This document shows, in pieces, positions 9,965-20,745 of a stretch of 64,000 nt of DNA. Numbering within the stretch: the first letter of the stretch is position 1; each line of letters starts with the position of its first letter. Source of the stretch: an uncultured Alphaproteobacteria bacterium (GTDB lineage: Bacteria > Pseudomonadota > Alphaproteobacteria > Rhizobiales > Beijerinckiaceae); assembly GCA_963706215.1 (NCBI GenBank), contig OY970154.1, positions 2,190,243 to 2,254,242 on the forward strand, given 5' to 3'. The notes beneath the pieces were generated by a model that saw only the letters and a list, made by a program, of their open reading frames with translations, did no database searches and had not been told where the DNA came from. Made by a program: the position numbers and the translations under genes.

Positions 9965-10525
9965 TCAGGGCTTATGCTCCTCGCGCCATTTCCTGACGGC
10001 GGCCAGCGTATTCTCGATGTGTTTTTCCGCGTTGGAATCGGAGTAGGCGTAAAGAATCTTTCCCTCGGGCGAAATCACATAGGAAATGCGGTTGGCGAAG
10101 GCCGCGCCCACTAGCGGAATGCTGAACGCGGCGTCATAGGCCTTTATGACCGAAAAGCTGGGGTCGGCGCCCACCGGGAATTTGTCGCGGCACTCCTTTG
10201 CCGAAAAGTCGCGCTGCACCTCGATCTTGTCGCCCGAAAGACCAATGACGCTCGCGCCGGCCGCCGCGAAATTCTCGATGTTTTCGGCAAATTCATGCGC
10301 CTCGACAGTGCAGACCTTCGTGAATGATTTGGGATAAAAGTAGAGAACCACCGGTCCCTTTTTCAAGGCTTCGGCGAGGGAGAATGTGAACTCCTTGCCG
10401 CCCCGCGCGGCGTCCACGGTGAAATCAGGCGCCGCATCTCCCGGCTTCAACGCCGCCCATGCAGCGGTTGTGAAGAGGCCAAGACAAAGAGAGAGGAGCA
10501 GGGCCGATGGCTTCACTGGACGCAT
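9965..10525 (-). CDS. Peroxiredoxin (BCP/PrxQ type) with N-terminal signal peptide
   Basis: PxxxTxxC motif PKSFTKVC; hydrophobic leader ending AWA; start trimmed to MRPVKPS. Confidence 0.9.
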   Translation of the reverse strand: MRPVKPSALLLSLCLGLFTTAAWAALKPGDAAPDFTVDAARGGKEFTFSLAEALKKGPVVLYFYPKSFTKVCTVEAHEFAENIENFAAAGASVIGLSGDKIEVQRDFSAKECRDKFPVGADPSFSVIKAYDAAFSIPLVGAAFANRISYVISPEGKILYAYSDSNAEKHIENTLAAVRKWREEHKP

Positions 10526-10877
10526 CCTTTTGTTTGGTGCCCGTCTCGCGGCGATGATAAAAGCCGAACGCTTGCCGTGCAAGCAACACATAATGCCACT
10601 CCCGATCAAATCAACGCCGATTGATCGGAAGAGGTTTTCCGCTGCGCATCATCGGGCATCCACTACCAATTTTCCGCGCAATCCCGTCTTAAACCCGCAC
10701 GACGTATGAGCGCATGTAAGGTTTTCGGCCCCGATCGGACTTCCCGCGTGCGCCGATGGCTTTGCGGAACGGCCCGCCCGGCTGATATGAAAGGCACCCG
10801 CTTCGCGTTGATCGATGGGCTATCGCGGTCGATCTTGGGAGGTAACCTTCCAAATCTTTTTGACGAAGGGAGATATC

Positions 10878-11363
10878 ATGCATTGGTCTGTTCGCGCCGC
10901 TTTCTTGGCCGCGATCGCCGGGGCCGTGATGATCTCGTCCATGGGCACGGCCCGTGCGCAGGACATGCAGTCGCTTTGCGCGAGGGTAACCGACGACGAT
11001 CGCGTGAGACGCATCCCAGCCGCCCTTGTTCCAGCGGCGCGCCGACTATTCAGCTTCCCGGCTGACACACCCAGCGTATACGTTCGGAAAAGCACCACCT
11101 TCCGGTGCATGGAGGGCAAAGTATGGCTGTGTAACTATGGCGCGAACCTCGTTTGCGAGAAAGCGGACACCCGCCGCACGTCAGCTGGCGCCGCGGATTT
11201 TTGCAAACAAAACCCTGGTTCGGATGTCGTTCCCATGGCCGCTACGGGTCACGACGCGATCTACGACTGGAAATGCGTGGGAAATAAAGCGGTCATCTCC
11301 AAACAGATCGAAACGGTCGATCCACGTGGCTTCATTGCCAGAAACTGGAAGCCGCTGGATTAG
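10878..11363 (+). CDS. Secreted cysteine-rich hypothetical protein
   Basis: Signal peptide ending ARA, six Cys in the mature part, RBS GAAGGGAG. Confidence 0.75.
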   Translation: MHWSVRAAFLAAIAGAVMISSMGTARAQDMQSLCARVTDDDRVRRIPAALVPAARRLFSFPADTPSVYVRKSTTFRCMEGKVWLCNYGANLVCEKADTRRTSAGAADFCKQNPGSDVVPMAATGHDAIYDWKCVGNKAVISKQIETVDPRGFIARNWKPLD

Positions 11364-11374
11364 AGGCCAAAGCC

Positions 11375-12058
11375 TTGCAACAAACCAAAAAACCTCCCGC
11401 GACGACCCTCGACCGCCTCGCCTTGGTGCGTGCTCGCATTGCCCGCGCCGCGCGGGATGCGGAACGCGACCCGCAAGACGTGACCCTGGTCTGCGTCTCC
11501 AAGACCTTTGCCGCGCCAGACGTTACGCCCGTGATCGGCGCCGGAGAGCTTGTTTTCGGCGAGAACCGGGTCCAGGAGGCGTTGGCCAAATGGCCTTCGC
11601 TCATGGCGGACCATCCCGGCCTCGAACTCCACCTCATCGGTCCCTTGCAGTCCAACAAGGCGCATGACGCGGTTCTCTTTTTCGACGCGATCGAGACGGT
11701 GGACCGCGAAAAGATCGCCAAGGCGCTCGCCTCGGAAATTCAAAGGACCTCCCGCCATCCCCGCCTTTATGTCCAGGTCAATACCGGCGCCGAGCCGCAA
11801 AAGGCGGGCATCCTGCCGCAACAGGCGGATGCCTTCATCGCAAGCTGCCGCAAGACTTTCGGCCTCGAAATTTCAGGGCTCATGTGCATTCCGCCCCTCG
11901 ACGATCAGGCCTCGCCGCATTTCGCGCTTTTAAACCAGATCGCCGCGCGCAACGGGATTGCGGCGCTGTCCATGGGCATGAGCGCTGATTTCGACCTCGC
12001 GATTCAACTCGGCGCGACCCATGTAAGGATCGGCAGCGCGATTTTTGGGGAACGCTGA
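11375..12058 (+). CDS. yggS: YggS-family pyridoxal phosphate homeostasis protein
   Basis: VSKT, FGENRVQE, HLIGPLQSNK, SMGMSADF, VRIGSAIFG motifs. Confidence 0.96.
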   Translation: MQQTKKPPATTLDRLALVRARIARAARDAERDPQDVTLVCVSKTFAAPDVTPVIGAGELVFGENRVQEALAKWPSLMADHPGLELHLIGPLQSNKAHDAVLFFDAIETVDREKIAKALASEIQRTSRHPRLYVQVNTGAEPQKAGILPQQADAFIASCRKTFGLEISGLMCIPPLDDQASPHFALLNQIAARNGIAALSMGMSADFDLAIQLGATHVRIGSAIFGER

Positions 12059-12195
12059 GGGTGTTCACGAATGTGTCATCGAAACCGGACGAACATCTGG
12101 AAACATCGCCCGCGCATTTGCCTTGCCATGTTCAACGAATGCGCCCTAAAAGTGATGCCGCAACGGACCACCTGGACAAGCGAGCCTAGCGAGAT

Positions 12196-13260
12196 ATGGC
12201 GTCCTCCAATGTCTCCGTGAAGAGCAACAAACAGGTTCCGCCGGGAAAGATTGGCATTCTGCTCGTCAACCTTGGCACGCCGGACGCCCCCCGTTTCTGG
12301 CCGGTGCGCCGGTTTCTCAAGGAATTCCTGTCGGATCCGCGGGTGATCGAGACGCCACGGATTTTCTGGTGGCCGATTCTGCACTTTATCATTCTGGTTC
12401 TGCGCCCGCGCCGGATCGCCAAGCACTATGCCGCGATCTGGAACAAGGAAGGGGGCGATGGTCCGCTGAAGGCAATCACCCGGTCGCAGGCCGAAAAGCT
12501 CGCGGCTTGGATCGGCGCCGGGGGCCTCGATCCGAAAGGACAGCACGCCGCCCGCGACAAATTCTTCATCGCTTGGGCCTTGCGCTACCGCAAGCCGGAC
12601 ATCACGCAAGGAATCGTGACCCTCAAAGAGCACGGCTGCACGAGAATCCTTGTCCTGCCGCTTTATCCGCAATATGCCGCCGCCACGACGGCGAGCGTCC
12701 ATGACAAAATTTTCGAAACATTGAAAGCGATGCGATGGCAACCTGCGGTGCGGATCGCGCCGCCCTATTTCGACGACCGCAGCTATATCGACGTTCTGGC
12801 GACTTCCCTTCGAGCCCGGCTGTCGCGTCTCGATTTCATTCCCGATACGATCCTGGTTTCCTTCCACGGCCTTCCGAAGGCGACAGTCGCCAAGGGCGAT
12901 CCTTATTGCGACCAATGCCTCGAGACATGGCGGCTCTTGCGCGAAGACCTCGGGCTTGGCGCCGACAGGTGTCCGGTCAGCTTTCAATCGCGCTTCGGTG
13001 CGCGGGAATGGCTGCAACCTTACACGGCGGAGAAGGTGAAGAGCCTCGCGTCCGAGGGGACCAAGGGCTTGGTCGTCATTACGCCCGGGTTTTCCGCCGA
13101 TTGTCTCGAAACGCTCTATGAAATCGAGGTCGAATACCGCCAGATCTTCACCGAAAATGGAGGCAAGAACTTTGCCGCGATTCCATGCCTCAACGATAGC
13201 GAGCTCGGCATGATGCTCATTCACGATTTGGCCGCGCGCGAGCTGAAAGGCTGGATCTAG
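12196..13260 (+). CDS. hemH: Ferrochelatase
   Basis: LVNLGTP, PLYPQY, SFHGLP, FQSRFG, DCLETL motifs. Confidence 0.96.
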   Translation: MASSNVSVKSNKQVPPGKIGILLVNLGTPDAPRFWPVRRFLKEFLSDPRVIETPRIFWWPILHFIILVLRPRRIAKHYAAIWNKEGGDGPLKAITRSQAEKLAAWIGAGGLDPKGQHAARDKFFIAWALRYRKPDITQGIVTLKEHGCTRILVLPLYPQYAAATTASVHDKIFETLKAMRWQPAVRIAPPYFDDRSYIDVLATSLRARLSRLDFIPDTILVSFHGLPKATVAKGDPYCDQCLETWRLLREDLGLGADRCPVSFQSRFGAREWLQPYTAEKVKSLASEGTKGLVVITPGFSADCLETLYEIEVEYRQIFTENGGKNFAAIPCLNDSELGMMLIHDLAARELKGWI

Positions 13261-13351
13261 GGCTGTGTGGTTCTAGGCGAACTTCTGGACAGATGATAAG
13301 CGGCGTGTGCCGCTTGCGTTCTTCGACGCGGCCGGCGAAGGCAAAAAATTT

Positions 13352-13372
13352 GGGAATTATATATTTTACGCC
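13352..13372. repeat. Candidate IS1595-family (ISNwi1-group-like) terminal repeat at the edge of the low-GC islet
   Basis: GGGAATTATATATTTTACGCC fits the ggnnatTAT end consensus as I recall it; AT-rich flank AAAAATTT; no clear partner repeat. Confidence 0.4.
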
Positions 13373-13422
13373 CTTTCTGATGTTGATGAGGCTGCCACGC
13401 CGCATTTCCAGAAGGAATCATC

Positions 13423-13881
13423 TTAGACGGACGGCTTTCGTCTCTTGAGGTAGCGCACAATCTGTCCGTATAGGGCTCCTGCTATGGCGCCAAGCTCATG
13501 CTCAATATCGATGCCTCTACCGAGTTTGCTCGTCCAACAGTGAGCGTCTAGCTGCCTAGCCGCGTGTTTCGGAATCCCGTTCTTTGCGAAGATGGCAATC
13601 TTCTCGAAATTCTCTTCAAAAGTTCCGTCCACACATTCGACATATTCTTTGAACTCGAAAGCCTTTACGTAGGCATCAACGGTTTCTTGCTGCGGAACGC
13701 CAGGAGGCCAATATCGCTTCCCTCCTAACAATGGCACCGGTTGCCACCATAGTTTAGTGCCAGCGGCAAATCCGATGCAGTTGTAGCGCGGATCACACTC
13801 ACTTGTCTTTTTGTGGTTGCCATCCGTTAGCCCAGGAAACGCCAGGCGATAGTCTGGTGGGGGTGCCTTGACATCGCTCAA
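13423..13881 (-). CDS. Hypothetical protein with papain-like Cys/His arrangement (DUF7689-like)
   Basis: YNCIGFA...YWPPG...FEKIAIF...KHAARQL...WTSKLG...DIEH; TTG at 13881 overlaps the upstream TGA. Confidence 0.75.
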   Translation of the reverse strand: MSDVKAPPPDYRLAFPGLTDGNHKKTSECDPRYNCIGFAAGTKLWWQPVPLLGGKRYWPPGVPQQETVDAYVKAFEFKEYVECVDGTFEENFEKIAIFAKNGIPKHAARQLDAHCWTSKLGRGIDIEHELGAIAGALYGQIVRYLKRRKPSV

Positions 13882-14309
13882 CGAACGATACTGCGACGTT
13901 TGCCCCAGTCCAGCCAAGCGTCACACGCTGCTTGAATGTCGCCGTCAGGCACGTGTTCAGCGGGGTTGGCTCCCGTAATCGCGGCGAGCGCCCAATACCA
14001 ATGGTCAGGTTCATTTTGCAGTTCTTGAAGGATTAATGGCACAACAGCGACGCCCATACCAATGATTTGCTGATAGCTTGGGTCCAAAACAATTTCGGTC
14101 ACCGATGAAGAGAACGCCGTGTTATGTCGCCATTGACCGGTAAGTTTCTCGAACTTCTCTTTTAGAGATGACCCAACGGAGCTTGTAGCTAAGAACAGCG
14201 CAGCTCCACGCTCAGGCATTCCTCGATGCGACGGAGGCACCGAAAAGTCAGCTAACCAAGAACCCAGCATTGGCTCGTAGCTGATAGTGGATGTCGAGAG
14301 AGCATTCAT
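13878..14309 (-). CDS. Hypothetical protein with helical C-terminal domain
   Basis: 143 aa; FEKLTGQW...PSYQQIIGMG...VPLILQEL...HWYWALAAITGANP...AWLDWG; ATGA overlap with the upstream gene. Confidence 0.8.
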   Translation of the reverse strand: MNALSTSTISYEPMLGSWLADFSVPPSHRGMPERGAALFLATSSVGSSLKEKFEKLTGQWRHNTAFSSSVTEIVLDPSYQQIIGMGVAVVPLILQELQNEPDHWYWALAAITGANPAEHVPDGDIQAACDAWLDWGKRRSIVR

Positions 14310-14692
14310 TTCTTATCCTTCGGGCGGTTTGCCTTCGTGGTAGCAATGATTTCATTCATTTGCTGAAACTCACTGATTTTTCCATCAAGCCAAGTGCGAA
14401 GCGCAATTGCGGTTTCTTCTGAAATAATCAAGTCGGCCTCAATCTCACGAAAGAGGCCATGCCGTCCCTCCCGCTTCTCCAGGATCTCTTGACCAATGAT
14501 GCCCTTATCTATTTTGTGCGTCACAACTTTCGGAATTGGCTGACGCTCGTTATAGACCGCCATGTGGAGCAATTTAGAACCGGGAGAAATCCCGCCAAAC
14601 ACCCCGTCCACATGAATGACGCGGAAAAGATTGCTCTTCTCGAACTGAAATTCGATCTCCGATTCATCGAAGATTTTTGGTGGTCGATCCAT
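14306..14692 (-). CDS. Hypothetical protein (possibly DUF3467/secretion-chaperone-like alpha-beta fold)
   Basis: 128 aa; FRVIHVDGVFGG, YNERQPIP, REIEADLII; RBS GAGGAA. Confidence 0.8.
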   Translation of the reverse strand: MDRPPKIFDESEIEFQFEKSNLFRVIHVDGVFGGISPGSKLLHMAVYNERQPIPKVVTHKIDKGIIGQEILEKREGRHGLFREIEADLIISEETAIALRTWLDGKISEFQQMNEIIATTKANRPKDKK

Positions 14693-15091
14693 CGTTTCCT
14701 CACGGGCCGCATGTACACGCGGCGGCGCTCCAGTAGTCGCTTCCGCGCGGGCTTTGGCTTTGGTTTTGGCCTAAAGGATAGCACCAGGTCGGCAATCGCG
14801 TCCAATACCTTCGGCGGCTTGGAGTTCTTGAAATGTGTTTCAAGCCGGAACGGTGATACTCGGCGAATTTTTGGACGGATGGAAAGCGGCGTGCGCCGCT
14901 TGAGGTCCTCGAAGCGGCCTGCGATCCAGGCACCGGCCTGCCCATTGGCGAAACCTCGAATAATTTCAGAGCCGCCCCGGACGGCCTCGGTCGACATTTG
15001 CCGGCGTTAAGGAAAATTGCCGGCGAAAGCATCGCGGTCTTCCAGCACGTTGAATGACCACGCCTTCGCGGAACCTAAGTCAAAACGAGTC

Positions 15092-16384
15092 TCATTCGGC
15101 GGCGCGTTTGAACTCCGGGAACGTGCAACGCGCGTCGCTCTCCTGCTTGAATTCGAGTATTTTTGCAGGCTCGACGAAGGGCAGCTCGAGCGTTCGCCAG
15201 ACATCGGCCATGCTTTCCACGAGATGCGCGATATGCGCATCCGTGTGCAAGGGAGTTGGCGTGATGCGCAATCTTTCGCCGCCTCTGGCGACCGTCGGAT
15301 AATTGATCGGCTGGATATAGATCGCGTGGCGATCGAGCAGCATGTCGGTCGCGCGCTTGCAGAGTTCGGGATCGCCGACGAGCACTGGCACGATATGGGA
15401 CGGGTTCGGCATCACCGGCAGACCGGCCGCGCTCAGGGCATGTTTGGTGAGCATCGCCTGGCGTTGATGTTGGGCGCGGAGTTCATCGCCTTGTCCCTGC
15501 TTCAAGAAGCGTATGGCGGTTGTCGCGGCGGCGGCGACCGCCGGAGGCAGAGCCGTGGTGAAAATGAAGGCGGGCGCGTGCGAGCGCACGGCATCGACGA
15601 TCGCCGTCTTGGCGGCGATATAGCCGCCGAGCGTTCCAAATCCCTTGGCAAGGGTTCCTTCGATGACGTCGATCTGGTCCATGACGCCGTCGCGTTCGGC
15701 GATGCCTCCGCCATGCGGACCGTAGAGACCGACCGCATGCACTTCGTCGATATAGGTCATGGCGTTGTAACGGCGCGCGAGATCGGCGATTTCCGCGACC
15801 GGAGCGATGTCGCCATGCATCGAATAGAGGCTTTCGAAGACGATCAGCTTGGCCCGCTCCCGCCCCGCCCCGCGCAAAAGCTCTTCGAGATGGGCGAGAT
15901 CGTTATGGCGAAAAATTTGCCGCTGAGCCTTGGAGCGGCGGATGCCTTCGATCATCGAGTTATGGTTGAATTCATCCGAAAGGATGAGGCAATCGGGCAA
16001 AAGATCGCCAATCGTGGAAATCGCCGCCAGATTGGAAATCCAGCCCGAGGTAAACACGAGCGCCGCCTCCTTGCCGTGGAGGCCGACCAATTCGGCTTCG
16101 AGCTCGACGAGGGGATGATTGGTGCCCGCGATATTGCGCGTGCCGCCGGCACCGGCCCCATGCCGGATCGCGGCCGCGGTCATCGCTTCGATCACCTCTG
16201 GATGCCGGGCCATGCAGAGATAGTCGTTGGAACACCAAATCACGACTTCGCCGATGCGGTCCGGTCCGTGCCACACGGCGCGCGGAAACGCCTTTGCGTC
16301 CCGCTCGAGGTCGGCGAAGACCCGGTAGCGGCGTTCCCCCTTCAACTTTGAGATCGCATCGTCGAAGAAGCGCGAATAGGGCAT
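15092..16384 (-). CDS. hemA: 5-aminolevulinate synthase
   Basis: [35 protein letters not shown] (PLP lysine). Confidence 0.97.
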   Translation of the reverse strand: MPYSRFFDDAISKLKGERRYRVFADLERDAKAFPRAVWHGPDRIGEVVIWCSNDYLCMARHPEVIEAMTAAAIRHGAGAGGTRNIAGTNHPLVELEAELVGLHGKEAALVFTSGWISNLAAISTIGDLLPDCLILSDEFNHNSMIEGIRRSKAQRQIFRHNDLAHLEELLRGAGRERAKLIVFESLYSMHGDIAPVAEIADLARRYNAMTYIDEVHAVGLYGPHGGGIAERDGVMDQIDVIEGTLAKGFGTLGGYIAAKTAIVDAVRSHAPAFIFTTALPPAVAAAATTAIRFLKQGQGDELRAQHQRQAMLTKHALSAAGLPVMPNPSHIVPVLVGDPELCKRATDMLLDRHAIYIQPINYPTVARGGERLRITPTPLHTDAHIAHLVESMADVWRTLELPFVEPAKILEFKQESDARCTFPEFKRAAE

Positions 16385-16641
16385 TTTGTTCGGTCTCCAA
16401 ACTCCGGGGCGGACGGGCGGAAATCCGCGCGCGGTTGCATAATTCTACAAAGGGTCGATTTATTTTTTGTGCCTCTTTGAAAAAACACCCGGCGAACGAC
16501 GAAGGGTACCGGCAGGAGCGCGGGGCCTTCAACGTGGTAATCGCCCGCCATTTGTGCGAGTATTCTGCTTCCCGCTGGTGACTAAGGCTTTAGCGAGGTT
16601 CGCGCGGGCCGTCAAACCTCTTGTCCGCGATCGCTCGACCA

Positions 16642-17649
16642 ATGCGTATTTTCGTCACCGGCAGCGCCGGCTTCATAGGTTTTCACGTGGCTCGCCGCCT
16701 TCTCGGCGACGGCCATGAAGTCGTCGGCCTCGATGGGTTTACGCCCTATTACGATCGTAACCTCAAGCTGCGCCGGCATGAACTATTGCTGCAATGGCCG
16801 GGCTTTTCCGGCCACGAGGCCATGCTCGAGGATTGCGCCGCGCTTGCCGGCATTTATGGCGCCGGATTCGATGCGGTCTATCATTTCGCCGCGCAGGCAG
16901 GGGTGCGCTACAGCCTCGACAATCCGCGCGCCTATCTCGACGCCAATCTCACCGGAACCTTTAATCTCCTGGAATTGATGCGCCATGCGCCGCCGGCGCA
17001 CGCGCTGATGGCTTCGACATCCTCGGTCTATGGGGCCAACGCGAAGATCCCGTTTCGCGAGACGGACCGGGCCGATCATCCCTTAACGCTCTATGCCGCC
17101 TCGAAAAAGGCGAACGAGGAGATGGCCCATGCCTACAGCCATCTCTTCAAAATCCCGATCACAATGTTGCGATTTTTCACGGTCTACGGCCCCTGGGGCC
17201 GCCCGGACATGGCGCTTTTCAAATTCGCCGCCGCGCTTTTCGAGGGCCGCTCAATCGACGTTTACAATCACGGAAATATGAGCCGGGATTTCACTTACAT
17301 CGACGATCTCGTCGAAGCGATGCTCCGGCTGCTAAACCATGCACCGCCCTTGGCAGAGGTGCGTGCGCCGCCCCTGGCCGAAGACAGCCGTTCCCCCGTC
17401 GCGCCCTGGCGGGTCGTCAATATCGGCGCGGCGATGCCGGTCGCGCTCATGGATTTCGTGGCCGCCATCGAGGCCGCGACCGGATTGCGGGCCAAGTGCA
17501 ATTTCATGGGGATGCAGCAAGGCGATGTTCCAGTCACCTTCGCCGACACCTCGTTGCTTTTGGCGCTGACTGGTTTTGCCCCCAGAACGCAGCTGAAAGA
17601 AGGAGTTAAGGCTTTCATCGCGTGGTACCGGGATTATTTCGGCGCTTGA
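16642..17649 (+). CDS. NAD-dependent epimerase (UDP-glucuronate 4-epimerase-like)
   Basis: GSAGFIG, HFAAQAGVRYS, YAASK, RFFTVYGPWGRPDMA. Confidence 0.92.
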   Translation: MRIFVTGSAGFIGFHVARRLLGDGHEVVGLDGFTPYYDRNLKLRRHELLLQWPGFSGHEAMLEDCAALAGIYGAGFDAVYHFAAQAGVRYSLDNPRAYLDANLTGTFNLLELMRHAPPAHALMASTSSVYGANAKIPFRETDRADHPLTLYAASKKANEEMAHAYSHLFKIPITMLRFFTVYGPWGRPDMALFKFAAALFEGRSIDVYNHGNMSRDFTYIDDLVEAMLRLLNHAPPLAEVRAPPLAEDSRSPVAPWRVVNIGAAMPVALMDFVAAIEAATGLRAKCNFMGMQQGDVPVTFADTSLLLALTGFAPRTQLKEGVKAFIAWYRDYFGA

Positions 17650-17892
17650 GACGTCGGCGTAACAACGACAATGGCCGGGTTTTGGCCTGGCCACGACGCA
17701 AGGGCAAATACTTTGCCCTGGCGCGCCGATCACGGCGACACAAAACCCCGCGAACGTCCGCCGGGGACCCTGCACGAAAAGCCTTCGCCGATATCTCAGT
17801 TTCTTCAGGAGCACGAACCTACCGGCGTCAGCCGGTAGTTCTTCAGTACACTAACTAAAAAAGACGACAATCGACGGCATTGAATTGAGTTG

Positions 17893-17968
17893 TGGCTCCC
17901 TGAGCAGGACTCGAACCTGCGACCGATCGATTAACAGTCGATTGCTCTACCAGCTGAGCTATCAGGGA
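17893..17968 (-). tRNA. tRNA-Asn (anticodon GTT)
   Basis: Minus strand TCCCTGATAGCTCAGCTGGTAGAGCAATCGACTGTTAATCGATCGGTCGCAGGTTCGAGTCCTGCTCAGGGAGCCA, 76 nt. Confidence 0.98.
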
Positions 17969-18123
17969 ATCGCGTTTTTTCGCGAGCGCATTTAACAAGC
18001 CCGCGCTGCCTTTGCAAAGACCTAATACCCCGCGGGCCGGCTTGTGCTGACCGGAACCCGCGCCTTGCGGTAAACCCCCATCGTATGTATAGGCGGGGGC
18101 TCCGCGCGGCTCGTGGCGGCAGA

Positions 18124-18197
18124 GGCCTCGTGGCGGAATGGTTACGCAGAGGACTGCAAATCCTTCCATCCCGGTTCGATTCCGGGCGAGGCCTCCA
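18124..18197 (+). tRNA. tRNA-Cys (anticodon GCA)
   Basis: 74-nt cloverleaf GGCCTCG...GACTGCAAATC...GGTTCGATTCC...CGAGGCCTCCA. Confidence 0.98.
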
Positions 18198-18209
18198 AAC
18201 CAACCCTCT

Positions 18210-20555
18210 TCAGCCGATGGCGGCGGTGCGCAGCCGCAAGGCATTGCCGATCACGCTGACCGAGGAGAGCGACATCGCGGCGGCGGCGATGACCGGCGAC
18301 AGAAGAATGCCGAAGGCCGGATAAAGAACACCGGCGGCGATCGGGACTCCGGCGGCATTGTAAATAAACGCGAAGAAGAGATTCTGCCGGATGTTGCGCA
18401 TCGTCGCCTCGGAGAGGCGGCGCGCGCGCAGGATACCCCGCAGATCGCCCTTAAGCAAGGTGACGCCCGCGCTCTCGATCGCGACGTCGGTGCCGGTGCC
18501 CATGGCGATGCCGACGTCGGCGGCGGCAAGCGCCGGTGCGTCGTTGACGCCGTCGCCGGCCATGGCCACAATTTGGCCTTTCGCGCGTAACCCCTCGACC
18601 ACGGCGCTCTTTTGGCTGGGCAGAACACCCGCCTTGACATCCGCGATGCCGAGCCCGCGCGCAACCGCCTCGGCGGTGGTTTTATTATCGCCGGTGAGCA
18701 TCACCACGCGCACGCCTTCGCTTTGCAGGGCCTTGACCGCGTCGAGCGCCGTGGGCTTCACCGGATCTGCGATGGCGAGGAGCCCGGCGGCCTTGCCGTC
18801 CAGCCCCATGAATATGACGGTGGCGCCGTCTTGCCGCAATTCGTCCGCCTCTTTGGCAAGCTCCTCCGTACCGATGCCGCTCGCGTCGAGAAAACCAGCG
18901 TTGCCGATCGTAAGCGTGTGCCCATCGACCATGCCGAGAACCCCTTTTCCGGCCGGAGCGTCGAACCCGGACGGCTCGGATAATTCGAGCTGGCGTTCCT
19001 TTGCCGCGTCAACGATCGCACCCGCGAGCGGATGCTCGCTGGCCCGCTCAAGGCTTGCCGCAAGCCGCAAAAATTCGTCCTCGGCAAGGCTGGCAAGGGT
19101 CCGGATCGCCACGACCTTGGGCTTGCCCTCGGTGAGCGTGCCGGTCTTGTCGACGACCAACGTGTCGATCTTTTCGATGCGCTCCAGTGCCTCGGCATTC
19201 TTGATGAGCACGCCCACTTGCGCGCCGCGTCCGACCCCAACCATGATCGACATGGGCGTCGCGAGGCCGAGCGCACAGGGGCAAGCGATAATCAAGACCG
19301 AGACGGCGGCGACGAGCCCGTGGGCGAAGCGCGGCTCCGGGCCAAGGATCGCCCAGGCGGCGAAGGCGGCAAGCGCCGTGGCGATCACCATGGGCACAAA
19401 CCAGGCGGCGACCTGATCGGCGAGGCGCTGGACCGGCGCCCGGCTCCGTTGCGCCTTGGCCACTAAATTCACGATCTGGGAAAGAAGCGTGTCGCTTCCA
19501 ACCTTTTCCGCGCGCATGACGAAGGAGCCGGTCTGGTTGAGCGTGCCGGCTATGACCTTGGCGCCCGCGTCCTTGCCAACCGGCATGGATTCGCCGGTGA
19601 CGAGCGACTCGTCGAGCGTCGCGCGCCCCTCGAGAATCGCTCCATCAACCGGCACTTTTTCGCCCGGCCGCACGCGCAGGCGGTCGCCAACGGCGATCGC
19701 ATCGAGCGGCACTTCCTCGTCGGTGTTATCGCCGCGAAGACGCCGCGCGGTCTTTGGCGCGAGGCCGAGAAGCGCCTTGATCGCGTTGGAGGTTTGTTCA
19801 CGCGCCCGGAGCTCCAACACCTGTCCGAGCAGCACGAGAACGGTGATAACCGCGGCGGCCTCGAAATAGATCGCGACCGAGCCTTCGGCGCCCCGGAACG
19901 CTTGCGGAAAAAGACCCGGCGCCAATGTCGCGACGACGCTGTAAGCCCAAGCGACGCCGGTGCCCATGGCGATCAGCGTGAACATGTTGAGGTTACGGGT
20001 GACGAGCGATCGCGCGCCGCGTTCGAAGAACGGCCAGCCCGCCCAAAGCACGACCGGAGTGGCAAGGACGAATTGCACCCAGTTCGACGTCATCCGCGAG
20101 ATCAGCGTGTGAAGGTTGAACAGATGCCCACCCATCTCCAAAACCACCACTGGCAGGCTAAGTGCGAGCGCGATCCAGAAGCGCTTGGTCATGCCGGCAA
20201 GCTCGGGATTTGGACCCGAATCCGCGCTCGCTACATCAGGTTCGAGCGCCATGCCGCAGATCGGACAATTGCCGGGGCCGGTCTGACGGATCTCCGGATG
20301 CATTGGGCAGGTGTAGATGGCGCCTTGCGGCACTGGTACCGGAGGTTTTGGCTTCTCGCCGATATAGGATGCGGGATCGGCGACGAATTTGGTTTTGCAC
20401 CCCTGGCCACAGAAATAATAGGTGTGACCGCCGTATTCGGCGCTGTGCTTGGCGCTGCCGGGATCGACATCCATGCCGCAAACCGGATCTTTTTCCAAAT
20501 GCGTGGCCTCGCCAACATTGCCTGACTGTGCGTGCGGGTGATCATGATCGTGCAT
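18210..20555 (-). CDS. copA: Cu(I)/Ag(I)-translocating P1B-type ATPase with YHS and YTCPMHP metal-binding domains
   Basis: [44 protein letters not shown] and MSLSS motifs; His-rich start MHDHDHPH. Confidence 0.93.
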   Translation of the reverse strand: MHDHDHPHAQSGNVGEATHLEKDPVCGMDVDPGSAKHSAEYGGHTYYFCGQGCKTKFVADPASYIGEKPKPPVPVPQGAIYTCPMHPEIRQTGPGNCPICGMALEPDVASADSGPNPELAGMTKRFWIALALSLPVVVLEMGGHLFNLHTLISRMTSNWVQFVLATPVVLWAGWPFFERGARSLVTRNLNMFTLIAMGTGVAWAYSVVATLAPGLFPQAFRGAEGSVAIYFEAAAVITVLVLLGQVLELRAREQTSNAIKALLGLAPKTARRLRGDNTDEEVPLDAIAVGDRLRVRPGEKVPVDGAILEGRATLDESLVTGESMPVGKDAGAKVIAGTLNQTGSFVMRAEKVGSDTLLSQIVNLVAKAQRSRAPVQRLADQVAAWFVPMVIATALAAFAAWAILGPEPRFAHGLVAAVSVLIIACPCALGLATPMSIMVGVGRGAQVGVLIKNAEALERIEKIDTLVVDKTGTLTEGKPKVVAIRTLASLAEDEFLRLAASLERASEHPLAGAIVDAAKERQLELSEPSGFDAPAGKGVLGMVDGHTLTIGNAGFLDASGIGTEELAKEADELRQDGATVIFMGLDGKAAGLLAIADPVKPTALDAVKALQSEGVRVVMLTGDNKTTAEAVARGLGIADVKAGVLPSQKSAVVEGLRAKGQIVAMAGDGVNDAPALAAADVGIAMGTGTDVAIESAGVTLLKGDLRGILRARRLSEATMRNIRQNLFFAFIYNAAGVPIAAGVLYPAFGILLSPVIAAAAMSLSSVSVIGNALRLRTAAIG

Positions 20556-20745
20556 CGGTTTGCTCCGGGACATCCATATCAAACCACCGATCCGCGCAGG
20601 GCGTCGAACATGGCCGCAAGGCAAGAGGTGGCTGACTTGATCTTGAGACATAGTGGCGCTCTCCGCATGTTCCAAGAGATCGCGTTCGATTGCCGAATTT
20701 ATGGGCGCGGCGGATGGATACATTCGCCGGGCCAAAACTCTGACC

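Noticed and set aside
14521-15032. Transposase remnant in the ORFs upstream of the three-gene operon
   Set aside because: QKFAEYHRSGLKH only faintly resembles IS1595 transposase C-termini; no DDE or zinc-finger motif.
16430-16452. Irr (ICE) or FNR box upstream of hemA
   Set aside because: TTGCATAATTCTACAA matches only half of the ICE motif and has the wrong spacing for FNR.
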